Shown here piece after piece: positions 51,001-64,000 of a stretch of DNA of 64,000 nt (its first letter is position 1; every line of letters begins with the position of its first letter). The stretch lies in the NCBI RefSeq assembly GCF_009834535.1, contig NC_045715.1, positions 17,980,001 to 18,044,000 of the forward strand, read 5' to 3'. The DNA comes from Camelus ferus. Its lineage: Eukaryota. The translations under genes were made by a program, and so were the position numbers. Below the pieces are notes generated by a model that saw only the letters and a program-made list of their open reading frames with translations, ran no database searches and had not been told where the DNA came from.

Positions 51001-54000
51001 TATAAGCTTATATTTGGTAGTCCCTAGTTCATAGTAGAGTGTCTGGCACGTAAGAGGTGCTCAATAAATAATTGCTGAATAAATAAATCACAAACACTCT
51101 GTGTATATAGAGAGAAATTGAATTCAAGATGCTTTCTTCCTGAAGGGGTTTGCCTTTGCCTTCACAGGGCACTAGGAGGCGCTCTGAACCTGTATCACTA
51201 ATTTCAGGAATCTTTCATTGAAACCCCAGATTCTTCATAAATGGTTAAATCCCAGTGGCAGATTTCTTCTGTCCTCCACACAGTCCTGCAGAGACAGACA
51301 GGTTTTCTTCGGAATCTTTGCTAGATTAACCTTCCTCTAACCTATCGTTTCTCCAAGGGTCCTGAGTTTAGTTTAAGTCTTCTCCAAGGAGAAGACATTA
51401 ATTGACAAAGCCCAGAATCTTGTTAATGATATTTGCCTCGGGGAACCAATCAAGTGTATTTATCACTCTGGTTTCAGCTCCTAGGTTTTTCATTGCTTTG
51501 GAGGTTTCCGGGAATTTTCCGCGGTTTCTTGTTAGCTGGGCAATGATGTGCTACTGTTTTGTTGTAGTTTATCTGGTCTTTAGGTGTTTTGCTTCAGGAG
51601 GGCTTTGTATCCAGAATATCTTGTTTTCTGTATTGGAAATAAAATTTCTTACAATGTCTCTCTCTATTCCTACTAATACTTTTAGCTTAAAAGTGTGTCT
51701 GATATTAATATTGCTAACTTGCTCTAGGTAACCATTCCCCAGGCATGTTTTCCTCTCATTCTTTTCTTTTATTTGAATCTATCCATGATTTATTTTCAAA
51801 TCAAGTAAGAGGAGCACTTTTAATGCATATTTTTATTACACATATTCTTTTGCTTTATAAAAAAAGTAAACATCTAAAAGATAAACTACTGTACCTTTGC
51901 AAGAACTCTAGCATATACTTTTCTGAGAGAGAAAAGACAACGTATAAAACTCCCATGTGATCACAATCATATAGCAAAATATACATTATTTCAGTTAATA
52001 TCTATCATTATTTTGGAGTTACATTTTTTGTAATCCTAAAAAAAAGAAATCACTGTTCTTGGGTCTGGAGAGAATTTATATGGGGAAATGTATTTAATTA
52101 AGAGAATAGCAGTCAATTTTGTTTTAAAATTAACAATCCTGGGGTCCAGGTAACACCTTTCACCTCATCATCAAATGATCACTGCCTCAGAGGAGTTTAG
52201 AACAATTGGGATTCAGGAGCTTTGCCTAGACAGACAATTTTCATGTTCTCCAACATATATTTCTATAAATAATTATTATAGTTCATTAATTTCACTTAAT
52301 AATACACTTAACATAAAACCAAATGTGTTTATTATTTTACTTTTTTTTTTTTTTAAACATCAGACCCAGCAAGATTTAAAGGAGATGTCTTTGGTTATAA
52401 CAAACAATATTGACCTTTAATCTGAGCCTTGTGTCCTGGGAAATAGTGATTATTAAAGAAATTCTCCCCCTTTTTGTGTTCCAAAAGTGATTTATTGCAA
52501 GGAACCACCTTTTCCCCCTGTGACTTAGATAAGACTCAAAAAAACCAACTCCTGGTGGGAAGGGTATATAGCTCAGTGGTAGAGTGCCTACTTAGCTTGC
52601 AAGAGGTCATTGGTTCAATCCTCAGTACCTCCATTTAAAAACATTAATTAAATTTAAAAAACAACTCCTTGTCTACCTAGGACAAGGCAAGACACAGGAA
52701 CCCCTAAATTCCCATTCTTTGCCTCAAAACTGATAACCTGAACTGATAAATGGGAGCAATATACTTTGTCAACCAAAACCTAGTTACATTTTCTGTATCC
52801 CCCCAGGTCCTAGAACTTTGACCCACCCTCAGCCTGAGCCACTTTACCATCCCTTCTTAAGGGTCCCTTCTGATAGTTGGCTGGCCTGGAGGTAAAACAT
52901 GTTTTACCAATGTTTCATCAAGGCACTTTTTCATCCCACTTTTCCTATGTCATACTCAATTTTTTTTTAGTCTTGTTTACTCTTCCCTAAGAAGGAAATT
53001 CCTTTTGGCTTCAGCCAAATAGAAGCTTAATGATCATATGCAGTAGTCCCTTTCACCTCCTATCAACAGTCCTTTAAAAAAAGGCTCTCTTTACCAAGTC
53101 TGAATCTGTTTTTCATTTAAAACAACTCATGGACTATTTTGCCCTGTACACTGTGTGTTATTACTAAATTCACGTAGGTATGGAATAAACACTTTAGTTT
53201 GGGTCAGTCCTCACCACTCTTCAATGTTATATAGATCTGTTCACCTGTGTAGAGGTTATAGCCTCTATTGATGATTACTACATTTAAATTAGTTGCCTGT
53301 TTCCTTTGAGACAGGAGGGAAGGGGGCAGGGCACACCTATTAAAAGAATAACACAGTAATGAGCACCAAGATGGCCAAAGATTCAATTCCCAGTAGATCT
53401 TGAGGCCCAAGAGAGTAGAAGATTTGACTTCCAGCACACCTTGACCTTCATTATATGCTCGTTGTAATATATTATCATGGTAAATGGCACTGACACAAGT
53501 GCTATGACAGAAATTTTGGGGTGAAATTTCATGGGGTGGCTGAAATATGTGTAAATTTAGAGAAATCAAACCCAAAATGATTGGATATTGATTTAACTCT
53601 ACAGCTTTGGGTCTTAATCAGTGGTTTTCAACTTTATGTATAATGGAAATACATCAAACTCTCAACTAGTAAATTATTAAGTAGATGATATTGTGAAGCT
53701 AATATCAACTAAAAATAGATAGAGCTAATAGCAATCACTGAATCCCTCTCTCTATGATTTGCTTTATCTATATTTTGTCTCTCCAAAATAGTCTCATTCT
53801 CCAGATAAATTTCTCCTTTTGCCCCACTCTTCCCCCTCTGCCTCTTTTTCCATTGGGTCTTTTTCTCTTTCTCTCCCTATGCCTTTGCCATTTTTTCTTT
53901 AATCTAGTAATTTTCTTTCTCATTTTTCTCTCTCCTCTTCCTACATAGACTAGGTATATCATAGAATCAAGGGGTTTTTTTGTTTGTTTGTTTGTTTTTT

Positions 54001-55239
54001 GTTTTTGTTTTTGTTTTCATTTTTAACAGTCTCTTTCAGTCATTTAAGAAATGCTCTATTTTCCATGCTTCTAAAGTTAGATGAAACCACAACAAACTTT
54101 TCTTTTTTTTCCTAAAACAGCCTACCATAAGCAAGTGGGAGACTTATAAAGGATTCAGATTCAAGCCAGACTGCTTAAATCAGTATTCTGGCTCCACAAT
54201 TTACATGGGATTTGGGGTAAAGGCCTTGTCTCATATCCTCTCCTTTCCTTTTTTGCTAAACGGAGGGTGGAAAAAATCAGGTAGGGTTTTATGATTAAAT
54301 AATATAATACATATAAAGGATGTTATCTATTATTCCAAACATTGCTACATGGGCTAAATTGGTGATAAGGAAAAATATAGAGGTTGAATAATTCTTCAGT
54401 AGATTTCCTCCTCAATACCAAAGTGAGAAAAACAAATTAACTACTTTGTGCCTTTGTTAGTTGCCAGCCTGCCGCATGCAACTTGCTGCCCTGAATTTAC
54501 TGCCAGCAGGGGAAACTGAAAGGTGGGGCAGTCTAGAAAGTCTTACAAACATCAAAGTGAAATTCAGGGGAAACACCTCCCTACAGAAAGGAAAGATGGT
54601 AATGGAAGAACTAGCTAAGTAGCCGGTTTCTAATAGTGATAATAGTAAATTGTAAATAAAGCTGTTAAACAACACGATCTACTGTTTTAGTTGCTTTGTG
54701 GTTTTTGTTTTCTTTTGTTTTGTTGATATTTTCACTAGATATAGGGAAGAACAATTTCTCATCCACTTTTGTGGATAAACTGGGTATGATATGATCGTTT
54801 CCAATACAAAGCACTGCAGCGTATTGGCTATGAAATTCTTGTCTTTCTTGCCTCCCTTCAAGCCACGTAATTTTAATCACTGACATATATTTTCACACTA
54901 TAGTTTTGCATTTTGGATACAGTTGGAAACACTGTCTTCGGAATTGTTTGGATGACCGTAGATAGCTTATTTCTTCCTTTCCCTGTCACTGGTCTAGAGT
55001 CTGGATTCAAATGAAGAGGTACAGATTTTCCAGGAGTTTCAAAGGGCCTTGCAAATCTGAGAGTTGACCAGTGAATGAGCTCTGCCTCTTTGGTATTTCA
55101 AAATACTGCGGAGAGTGACTTCTAGCTTTTAAATTTAGCAAACTAATCTGAATTATTATGAACGACTCGGAATTCACAAATTAGGTTAACTAGATTAAAG
55201 TAGCTGGCCTGATTGCTGGAAAACTGTCTCATGATATAT

Positions 55240-55355
55240 CCAATGGGAGAGTAGATCTCGAGTTTATTATTTGCATACAAACGTATCGATAAATGAACGA
55301 ATCAGCAGTTGCGAAGCAAAGACTTCATTTGCATAATACTGCCTACAAATAGGCC
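55240..55355 (+). promoter_or_regulatory. H2BC6-type promoter, unit B, with two octamers
   Basis: CCAAT near 55240; ATTTGCAT 55269-55276 and 55327-55334; cctacaaatagg. Confidence 0.85.
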
Positions 55356-55399
55356 GGAGCCGATAAAGCAGACACCATTTTGTTTACGAAAAAGAATGA

Positions 55400-55786
<387 letters not shown>

Positions 55787-55815
55787 NNNNNNNNNNNNNN
55801 NNGGTCAAACCCAAA

Positions 55816-55858
55816 GGCTCTTTTTAGAGCCACTTCACGTTTACACAGTAAGAGCTGT
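55816..55858 (+). terminator. Stem-loop (UUUU loop) and HDE
   Basis: GGCTCT-TTTT-AGAGCC 55816-55831; TAAGAGCTGT 55849-55858. Confidence 0.92.
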
Positions 55859-58202
55859 GCACTAGCAAGTGGTATTTCCTGAAAGCTAGGCTTCCAATCA
55901 CTGTTACAGGTAGCACTTAAAATGCAGTTAGAAAGTTAACGGTTCTCAGGGGGGCAAATTCGCGTATTTTTCTGATTACCGTCCCGTGTACGAGGATTCC
56001 TAGCAGCGTAAGCGAACATGGGCTGACGTCCTAGCACTAACCCCTACTTATTTGACTTCATGATCACCTTTATGGAACATACACAGATGCTCTGTGGGCT
56101 GTTAGCGAGCTTCGGGAAACTCTCGTCTATGTTTTTGGTAAAAATACCACCTTGTAGCGTCTAATAGGTCAGAACAACATTTGAATCTCCCGCTCTTCAA
56201 AAGCGGAACTTCCTCTCTCTGATGTTGCGGATCTCCCGCCTTCTCATGTCCTTTTGTGTGGATCTAATTCCTTTTCACTCCCCCAGCCCTTTGCCTAGGG
56301 CTTTCGAATCCTGGCTAAGTATTTTAAGATTCTTTACAAACCTGATATATTGGCTGTAGTTCTCCAGTAAAGGAACAGCAGTTATTAATTTTTACTGTCG
56401 TTTTATCACTTTACTAAATTTTTGAAAACCTCTTGTCATTGGATTTTTTTTTTTTTTGAAGATTACATTCCTCTACGCACTCTACTGACGTTTTGCAGGC
56501 TAAACCTACAAAATTCACAGAATTTTCAATGTTCAGCACCAACTGTCTTCTCACCTGTGTGGTCACATAATATAAAGGTCAGCTCTTCACCCTTCTAACC
56601 ACCCTTTTCTTTTTCTCTTGGGAAGTCTCTTCTGAGCCCATCCCCCTCTCCTGCCTCCAGCTCCCCTTTCCCTGCTCAGTTCAGAAACCATGAAGCAATG
56701 CCAGTTCAGGAGGCAGACAGGAAGAACCCTGGAAGTAGATGTCTTTTAACGGTCTTGGGCTGAATTCTGAGGTTTGTGATCACATAGTGCCCAAGAGACT
56801 AAACCCTGGGAGACTGAGTCAGGCGCTCCATTATTTCTCCGGAAACTGCAATGTAGGGGCTTCCTTCAGGAAGTTGGGTGGAAAAGGTTCAGTGGAGGGC
56901 ATCTCACTCATAAATGGAAATATCAAGACACCCAAGAATTGCTCCCACTGTTCCTGAGAAACACTCCTAACCAGCCTACTCGGCTAGTCTATCTGGTCTC
57001 CCCTTTATTGTCTCAAAAAGGTAAATAAAATAAGCACAAAGAAACAAGTCTATATTTTTCAGGTTACCAAATTACAATGGAATTTCAACTTTTCTTATTA
57101 CCTTGATTTTAGTTTAAGTTAATACTTACACTCCATCATCCATAGTGAATTTTGTTTCCATTCCAGAGTCACCCTGGTTTTTTTGTTTTGTTTTTGTTTT
57201 TTTTTCTCTTCACAGCTTTTGGATGATACCCCACCGCACAAAACTAGAAATTCTGTGCTATGGCCACAGGCCTTGGAAAGTCCGGTCCTCACCTAACTTT
57301 TCAAGCCAAACTCAGAGAACTTTTTCTCTCTCGTTTTTTATTTTGTTTTATTTGTTTCTTTGTTGTTTCTCATTTTGGGTTTTGTTTTGTTTAGTTTTTT
57401 TCCCCATCCCTACAGTTTTTCAAATGCAAAGGCCAAGCTGCCTGCTTCTCTTCACTGTGGTGGTTGGCTGCAGCAGCTGATGACTTGATGGCTTCAGGAT
57501 TTGTTGTTTATTGATATGGCTTGCATTATCTTTTGTTAACAAATATGTGAGTCTGGAATTCAGAGGCAAATGGGGAATGGACATACAAATTTTGAAAATT
57601 TTCGCAATAGATATTTCAATGTCAGCATGGCATGAGATTGGAGATGACCCATGGAGAAAGAATAAAGAAGTGGGTTTATCCTGGAAGCAATCCAAATTTT
57701 AGTGAGAAAGAAGACAGAAAAAGATTCTAAATAGTGACAAGTAAGCTTGGAAGAAAACTAAGAGAGCAGAGTCACAAAAGTCAGGAAAATAGAGGGTTTC
57801 AAGAAAAAGGCCTTTTTTCAAACTGGTGTGATGTATAGTTGGCTGAGAACAAACAAGAGCTTTGGACACAGGAAATGGGGAGCACTGGGAACTTGGGTTA
57901 CAGGTAGTAAAGGGCAACCCAGACATCTTCTGGGACACCTTCATGATACCCTTTCTCTTGTGCCACTGTATCTCATTAATGCAGATATCTGCCTGCTGGA
58001 TAAATCAGATTTCTTTGCCTAGAATTTGAGAAAAGGGACTAAAGAAAAAGACAGGCCTGAGTGTTCAGTATTTCCCTAAGCGTGGTTAGCAAACAACTTT
58101 CAAGAGAGCTTCTTATTTTGTTTAAATTACCTGGAATTGTTTAATGTTTGCAACCAAAAGAACTTTCATTAATACATTTGCCACTTCTCAAGAATACATG
58201 TA

Positions 58203-58836
58203 TGCTGCATCCAGCGCAGCTCGGGCCCGTGTCTGAGGACGGGTGGCGCAAGACTTAAGAAACAAAGAGACAAAATAAAGAGCAAAGATGGGACCAGGGA
58301 ACTCAAGATCTCATGGATCTAGAGTGCTGAAATCCTGGCCAACATCATATTTCTTAGGAGTATAGAGCTCAGAAAAAAAATGCGATCAAAGAGGTGGGGC
58401 TTTGGACATTCCATGCAATAAGCACTAAGTTCTGCTTACTGATAAATTCCAGGCCTATCCCTTCCAGGAACAATCACCCTCCTCAGTGTATGAAAATTTC
58501 TAACTCTATCCTGTTATTACCTCCAGGATATCTCGAGATAGCAAATATATCCCCTGGGTTAAACCTCATGCTTTCATGCCAAAACAAAGTTCTATTAATG
58601 GATGATCTGGCTTTCCAGGACCGTCCATTGTTTTACCCTAAGGAAAAATCTGCCCTCCTTCGTGCCCTTATGGTAAACATCAGGATTCCCCCTCACAAAT
58701 TGTCTTTAGCATAATACATGTTATAGGTCATCTACGTAAACAATTAAAACAAAGCAAGCATGTGCATTTTAAGCAAGTAAGTGTGAATATAATATTTTAA
58801 GCTCATGGAAATTTAGGTGCAGCTTGTTTCCCATCA
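58203..58836 (-). mobile_element. Solo LTR, 634 bp, class II (betaretrovirus-like) by TSD length; unit B only
   Basis: TG...CA ends; 6-bp TSD catgta 58197-58202 / tatgta 58837-58842; empty site tatgta 32366-32371; orientation inferred from a GC-rich U5-like end. Confidence 0.75.
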
Positions 58837-59916
58837 TATGTAAACTTATATTTCTTTAACACATACATAAAAACATTATCCTATGTTGTCTCACTCAGTC
58901 CTCACAAAAACATGAAGTTTCTCCTACATTATAGATAAGGGAACAGTGGTTAGTAATTTGCCACAGATCACAAAGATAGGAAATGGTAGTTCAGGACTAA
59001 AGTGTATATCTTCATGGTTCAAATGCCCCCTTTCTTTTTCTCTGGGCCTCTTTCATGTCATGAGAAATAAGAACACTAATAATAATAACAATCGTCAAAA
59101 CACAGCATTTTCGAGGGCATGTACTGGCCAAAATGCTTAAAAACATTTAATGTTATTTACCCCCTAACCTATCAGAGAGGATCTACTGTTATCTCCAGTT
59201 TACAGATGAGTAAGTATGCACAGAGAGGTTAAGTGACTTAACCAAAGACACAAAGAGTACAAACTACCTTCTGTACAAGTTTTCCGGTTCCTTTTTATCT
59301 TTGAAGAGGGATATTGGGACTGTTTCTTGTAAACAGAACAAATGATTTACTCAGTGACACTGACTACTAAATATTTAGACCCTACTATATATTTACCAAG
59401 AATAGCAATGGAAGGTAAGTTCAAAGAAAGCCTTAAGAAACAGTTCACGGACTTCTGCCTTAAACAGCCTAAAAATAAACTCCCCACTATTTTTATTTAC
59501 TCCTAAATCTTATGAGATACAGTTTGGGCCTTAACGCCTCTGAGAATCAAAATGGGTTATCTTTCTTGCATTCTAGTTACAGTGTAAAGGACTCATCTCA
59601 CTTGTCAAGAATATATAGATCTATTGCACACAGTGAATAAATACATGTGCCAAATTTACTGCTGTTTGATGTGTTCTTTATGCATTTGGTCTGCCCTTTT
59701 CTCTGTAGCCCTAAATTTTGGATTTCTACAACCTCAGACTCCAAAATCCTAGAGTCCAAGTTGTTCACAGGAATCCATGGAGCCCTGGGCATTGCTTGAA
59801 TGAGCTCCATGAAATACCTGTATTACACACACACACACATATATACGCACATATTCTCAAGGGAGCTTCTGATCCACATATTGAGAACTACACTCCTAAG
59901 GGGAGACAGTACTTTG

Positions 59917-60062
59917 TTTTGGTTTTTTTTTGTTTGTTCTGGTGGGGGGAGGTATTTACGTTTATTCATTGATTTTATTCTTAGAGGAGGTACTGGGGAT
60001 TGAACCTAGGACCTCATGCATGCTAAGCATGCACTCTACCACTTGAGCTATACCCTCCCCCC
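59917..60062 (-). mobile_element. Young tRNA-derived SINE with perfect 14-bp TSD; unit B only
   Basis: TSD gagacagtactttg 59903-59916 and 60063-60076; empty site 33431-33444. Confidence 0.95.
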
Positions 60063-61493
60063 GAGACAGTACTTTGAAATATCCAGATTACATCTGTTTA
60101 AGGCATGTGGATATTCCATTCATCCATCCCTAACAGGTAACGAGCCCTTATTCTGTGTTCTAGCATGGAATACGATGGAAGAAATACCAAGGAAAGAGTT
60201 GAAAAAAATGAGTTGAAAAAAACATACTTGGTATGGTAAACTTTAGTTCTTATAATAAAGACTCAACAGTAAATTAGCTTAAAGACAGTTGAGTCTTGTC
60301 ACTTGGAACAGATCCACTGTGATCAGTCCAGCTCTGTGGTGCAGCGCTGCTCCTCCTGATCGGGATCTGTTGTTCCTTCCAAGTCATTGTTCTGCCATCC
60401 CTAGCGCCTGAAGTTCTCTGCTTGGCCAGACAAGATCAACACCTTCATAGAAGGCAGCAAGAAGGATGAAGGCTCTAAAGCCTAGGAATGTCTTCTACTT
60501 ATGCTTATTAGGGAGCAGGTAGCCACATGCTCACCCCTGCTCTCAGATAAGCCAGAAATATTGCTTCAGGCCCGGGAGTTATCTGTCCAGGTATTCCTTT
60601 TCTTACAACAAAGAGAACAAGTTTTAGTTGAAAAAATGCCAGTTGTACTACAATAACCTAAGATTTTTTCACAGAATAAAACCCATTCTGAGGACACTAA
60701 AGAATACAGTGACAGGCTGACAGTCCTGAGATTGTAGACAGTTTACAACAGGTAACAAGAAACGGGTAACGCACTTGAGAACTGCTTGTTTTGCCTCATT
60801 TTCTGCTGTGAAGGGAACAAGACTGGAATCATGAAAACCTGGGTTTGAAAGGCTCACTCCAGCCTTTTTGTCAGGGTATGTGGCACGCAACCAGTTTATT
60901 AGAGTATTTCAAAATTGACTGTAGTTAAGTCTGTTACTCAAGATAGAGCCAAAATAACTTGGTAAACATAAACCGGCATACTTATACCAGACATAGATGC
61001 ATCAATAGGTTCTTTTTGATTGTAAAACAGTACCTCTGGATGGATGGGAAAGACAAGTCAGCCTGTCTCCATTCCGTTTTTAAACTCGAGAGTACCTCTC
61101 ATACTCTTAACTCCTTTTTCTCTCGTAAAAACTGATTACTTTCAACATGACTAGTCCTCTCCTTTCTCCCCTTTATCATGTGATGTCAGTCAGGCTGTTT
61201 TAATGTCCTTAACTCTCGAGTGTCAACCTATGTACACGTTTACCTCGTCTTCTGCAAAACTTCCCAGCTTCAGACGTTTGTACAAAATGTAACCTAGTTT
61301 ATCACCTGAAGTCAGCCTCCTCGCTACAAAGCAAGATAGTCTACGGTACGTAGATCAAACCAACTATGAACTATCTGCAAGCCACGTAAGCTGAAACTTA
61401 CAGAAATCTTATTACCATCAGGTGAAGTTTACAGGTTGAGAACACTAGTAGTCCAAACATCTTCGTTCATCACGCTGAAATAAAAAGTGACAA

Positions 61494-61532
61494 CTCTTTC
61501 AAGTGAACGGATAAGTGGCCCTGAAAAGGGCC
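61494..61532 (-). terminator. H4 stem-loop and HDE, unit B
   Basis: Minus strand GGCCCTTTTCAGGGCC (61517-61532) followed by GAAAGAGTTG. Confidence 0.95.
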
Positions 61533-61571
61533 TTGAGGTTTGCCGTGTTAAGCGAGGCGATCAGCGGAAGC

Positions 61572-61931
<360 letters not shown>

Positions 61932-61938
61932 TTAGTGC

Positions 61939-61990
61939 TTTTATAGAACCGTGACGGACCTGTTTGAAAACTGCAAAAGCGGGGGCGGGA
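61939..61990 (-). promoter_or_regulatory. H4 promoter, unit B: TATA, site II, GC box
   Basis: Minus strand CCCGCCCCC...GTTTTCAAACAGGTCCGTCA...TATAAAA, with the site II core identical to unit A. Confidence 0.9.
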
Positions 61991-64000
61991 ACCGCAGCTA
62001 GTCCCGCCCTTCGCTTATTTGTCCCTCGCTTAGAGCGGTGGTGGCTAGGTGGGGCGCCTAAAACGACAATGGATCCTGGAGGTGAAATTTAATAAAGGCT
62101 TCTATACATGGAGATGTGTTTTTGTGTATGCATACAACACGTGAAGCCATTAAATAGGGCAATAATTCATAGACTTTCCATAAAGAAACCCGATCGTTCT
62201 ACTTCAGATTTCCCAGAATATGAAATAGTTAATACACGCTATTGCCCCTTAAACGCTTTAAATGCAGTTTTAAGCAAGTCCTATCTTTATTAAGTTTCCA
62301 TAAGTTTTATCCATTTCTGGTTGATCCGTTAACTAAGCAGAGCTCTTTGTCACACAGGCTGGATAACCCAACCGAGGAAATTAAGAATGTAAGTTTACGT
62401 GTTTGAGAGATCAAGTAACGTTAAAAATCACTGAGGGCTAAATTGGAGATTTATAAATATGTATATCTCAAAGTGATAAGAAACGTACTCTACTGTAAGT
62501 CTAAGATTTATGGTTTGATTGTGTATTTAATTATGGACAGGTTTTATCTGGCACTGTATCTGTCACCACATTCTATTTCTCCAACCACGTGGCATTACAG
62601 TGTCCAGCCAAGCTCCAGAGACAGCCTCCTCCAGATAGAAGCTTGTGGTCTTGGGCAATCTATACTTACCTTTTTTTTTTTTTTTTTTCTTTTTTCATTT
62701 TAAATGTATACAAAGGTAATGGGGGAAGGTATAGCTTAAGTGGTACAGTGCCTGCTTAACATACACAATGTCCTAGATTCAATCCCCAGCACCTTCTCTA
62801 AAAATTAAGAAGAAGCTAGCTAATTCCCACCCCCCCCAAAAAAAATGTATAGGAAGTTATGAATAACAGAGTACTTAAATTTAAGAGATAATCCAAAATG
62901 TTTAAAATAATACCAGCAAATAAGCAATGACTCAACATTATTTATTATGAAATATTATACTATCGTGGCTGCTCTCAACTCCTCCTTTAAGTATTCACCC
63001 CTCTAAAGTGAGAAGCCTAAGCAAGTGTTTAATTTGCAAAACCTTCTTTTGCGAACTCCTCAAAATAATAAACACATAACGATTTAATTTCTCGTTATTT
63101 CCCTTGAGGTCCAGCTGACTTTGGATAGATTTGGCTTTTTCCTCCATGGTGAGGAGGACCCTGTTATCAAAGCTCTTCCAAGAGTTTACAGTGCTCTAAA
63201 ACAAATTCTACAATGGAGTTGTTAATCTGGATACACATAGGGGCTTAGAGTATCTGGGAATTTATATCGAAAAAAAATTCCATCTTTATTTTCACTATAC
63301 TCCAATTGAATCTTAGCGTTTCCTCCTCTTGTGAAAATGTAGTCAACAAACAGGGTGATTGGCAGGACCCATGCTCTGTTCCTATCACGCTGCAGTCACA
63401 GCTGTCAATATCTCAAAATATTCTTTAAACATGTTACTCTTTCTAAAATGTGGTAATTAATGGTCATATGGATAATCTTATTATTTAGAGTATTAAAAAA
63501 GAAGCACATATTAATACTTCACAATTTTGGATTTTTGTTAAAATTGGCAATGATATTTTAATATAAGTGTTATCCTTTGTAATTGTGTATATTATTTTAA
63601 GCATTTAAAAGTACTTTTCTGGGAAGGGGTTCATGAAATTTATGAGACATACAAAGTAGCCTGTGTTACAAAAATGTTTAAGAATCTCTCTTCTCCAGGA
63701 TCTTGAAAGTCTGGAAAGATGCTGGGTTTCAAAAGTGTGCAGAAAGAAACATTGGGAAATTCCATGAATGTTGGAATGAAACTGATATATTAGTAAGAGT
63801 ACTCTGATAGAGCTAAGGGTAAATGAAAACAATTTTCTCCACTTATGAATAGTAAGAGGTCATTTCCTCTTCCTCTTAGAGAGTTTTCTTGGAGAAATAG
63901 TGAGTCTGAGCTTTCACTCTTCCCTTAGGAATACAGTTATATTTTTCTAGGGATTAAGCCCAGTCTCCAGGTTTTACAATGAAAGAAATCTCCTAGTTTA

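Noticed and set aside
58394-58714. 106-aa ORF inside the unit-B insert
   Set aside because: It lies within a solo LTR and shows no recognisable gag, pol or env motif.

Overview
Mammalian genomic DNA from the large replication-dependent histone cluster (HIST1). It is most likely a camelid, judging by the tRNA-derived SINE and the L1 3' end. Gene order matches the human H1-4 / H2BC5 / H2BC6 / H4C4 segment, as I recall it. Here that block is present twice in direct tandem with a period of about 26 kb. Unit A holds H1-4 (12709), H2BC5 (14315), H2BC6 (29708) and H4C4 (35235, minus). Unit B holds a frameshifted H1 (39039), an H2BC5-like gene (40744), an H2BC6-like gene (55406) and H4 (61883, minus), and runs off the window end. 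Identity between the units is a mosaic: roughly 65-70% islands, an 85-90% background, and essentially 100% tracts (by-eye estimates). The top candidates are as follows. (1) The unit-B H2BC5-like gene has a broken histone stem-loop and three amino-acid changes but keeps a distal spliced poly(A) exon, so it may be a nascent polyadenylated H2B variant. (2) An orphan CpG-rich promoter with three CCAAT boxes at 40-bp spacing and a CHR-like TTTGAA is kept in both units. (3) A heavily decayed H2A remnant lies divergent from each H2BC5-type gene. (4) A tail-less H1 retains its promoter. Six N runs hide parts of the histone genes and one H1 promoter, so those parts cannot be assessed. All alignments were done by eye; comparisons with human are from memory and need a database check.
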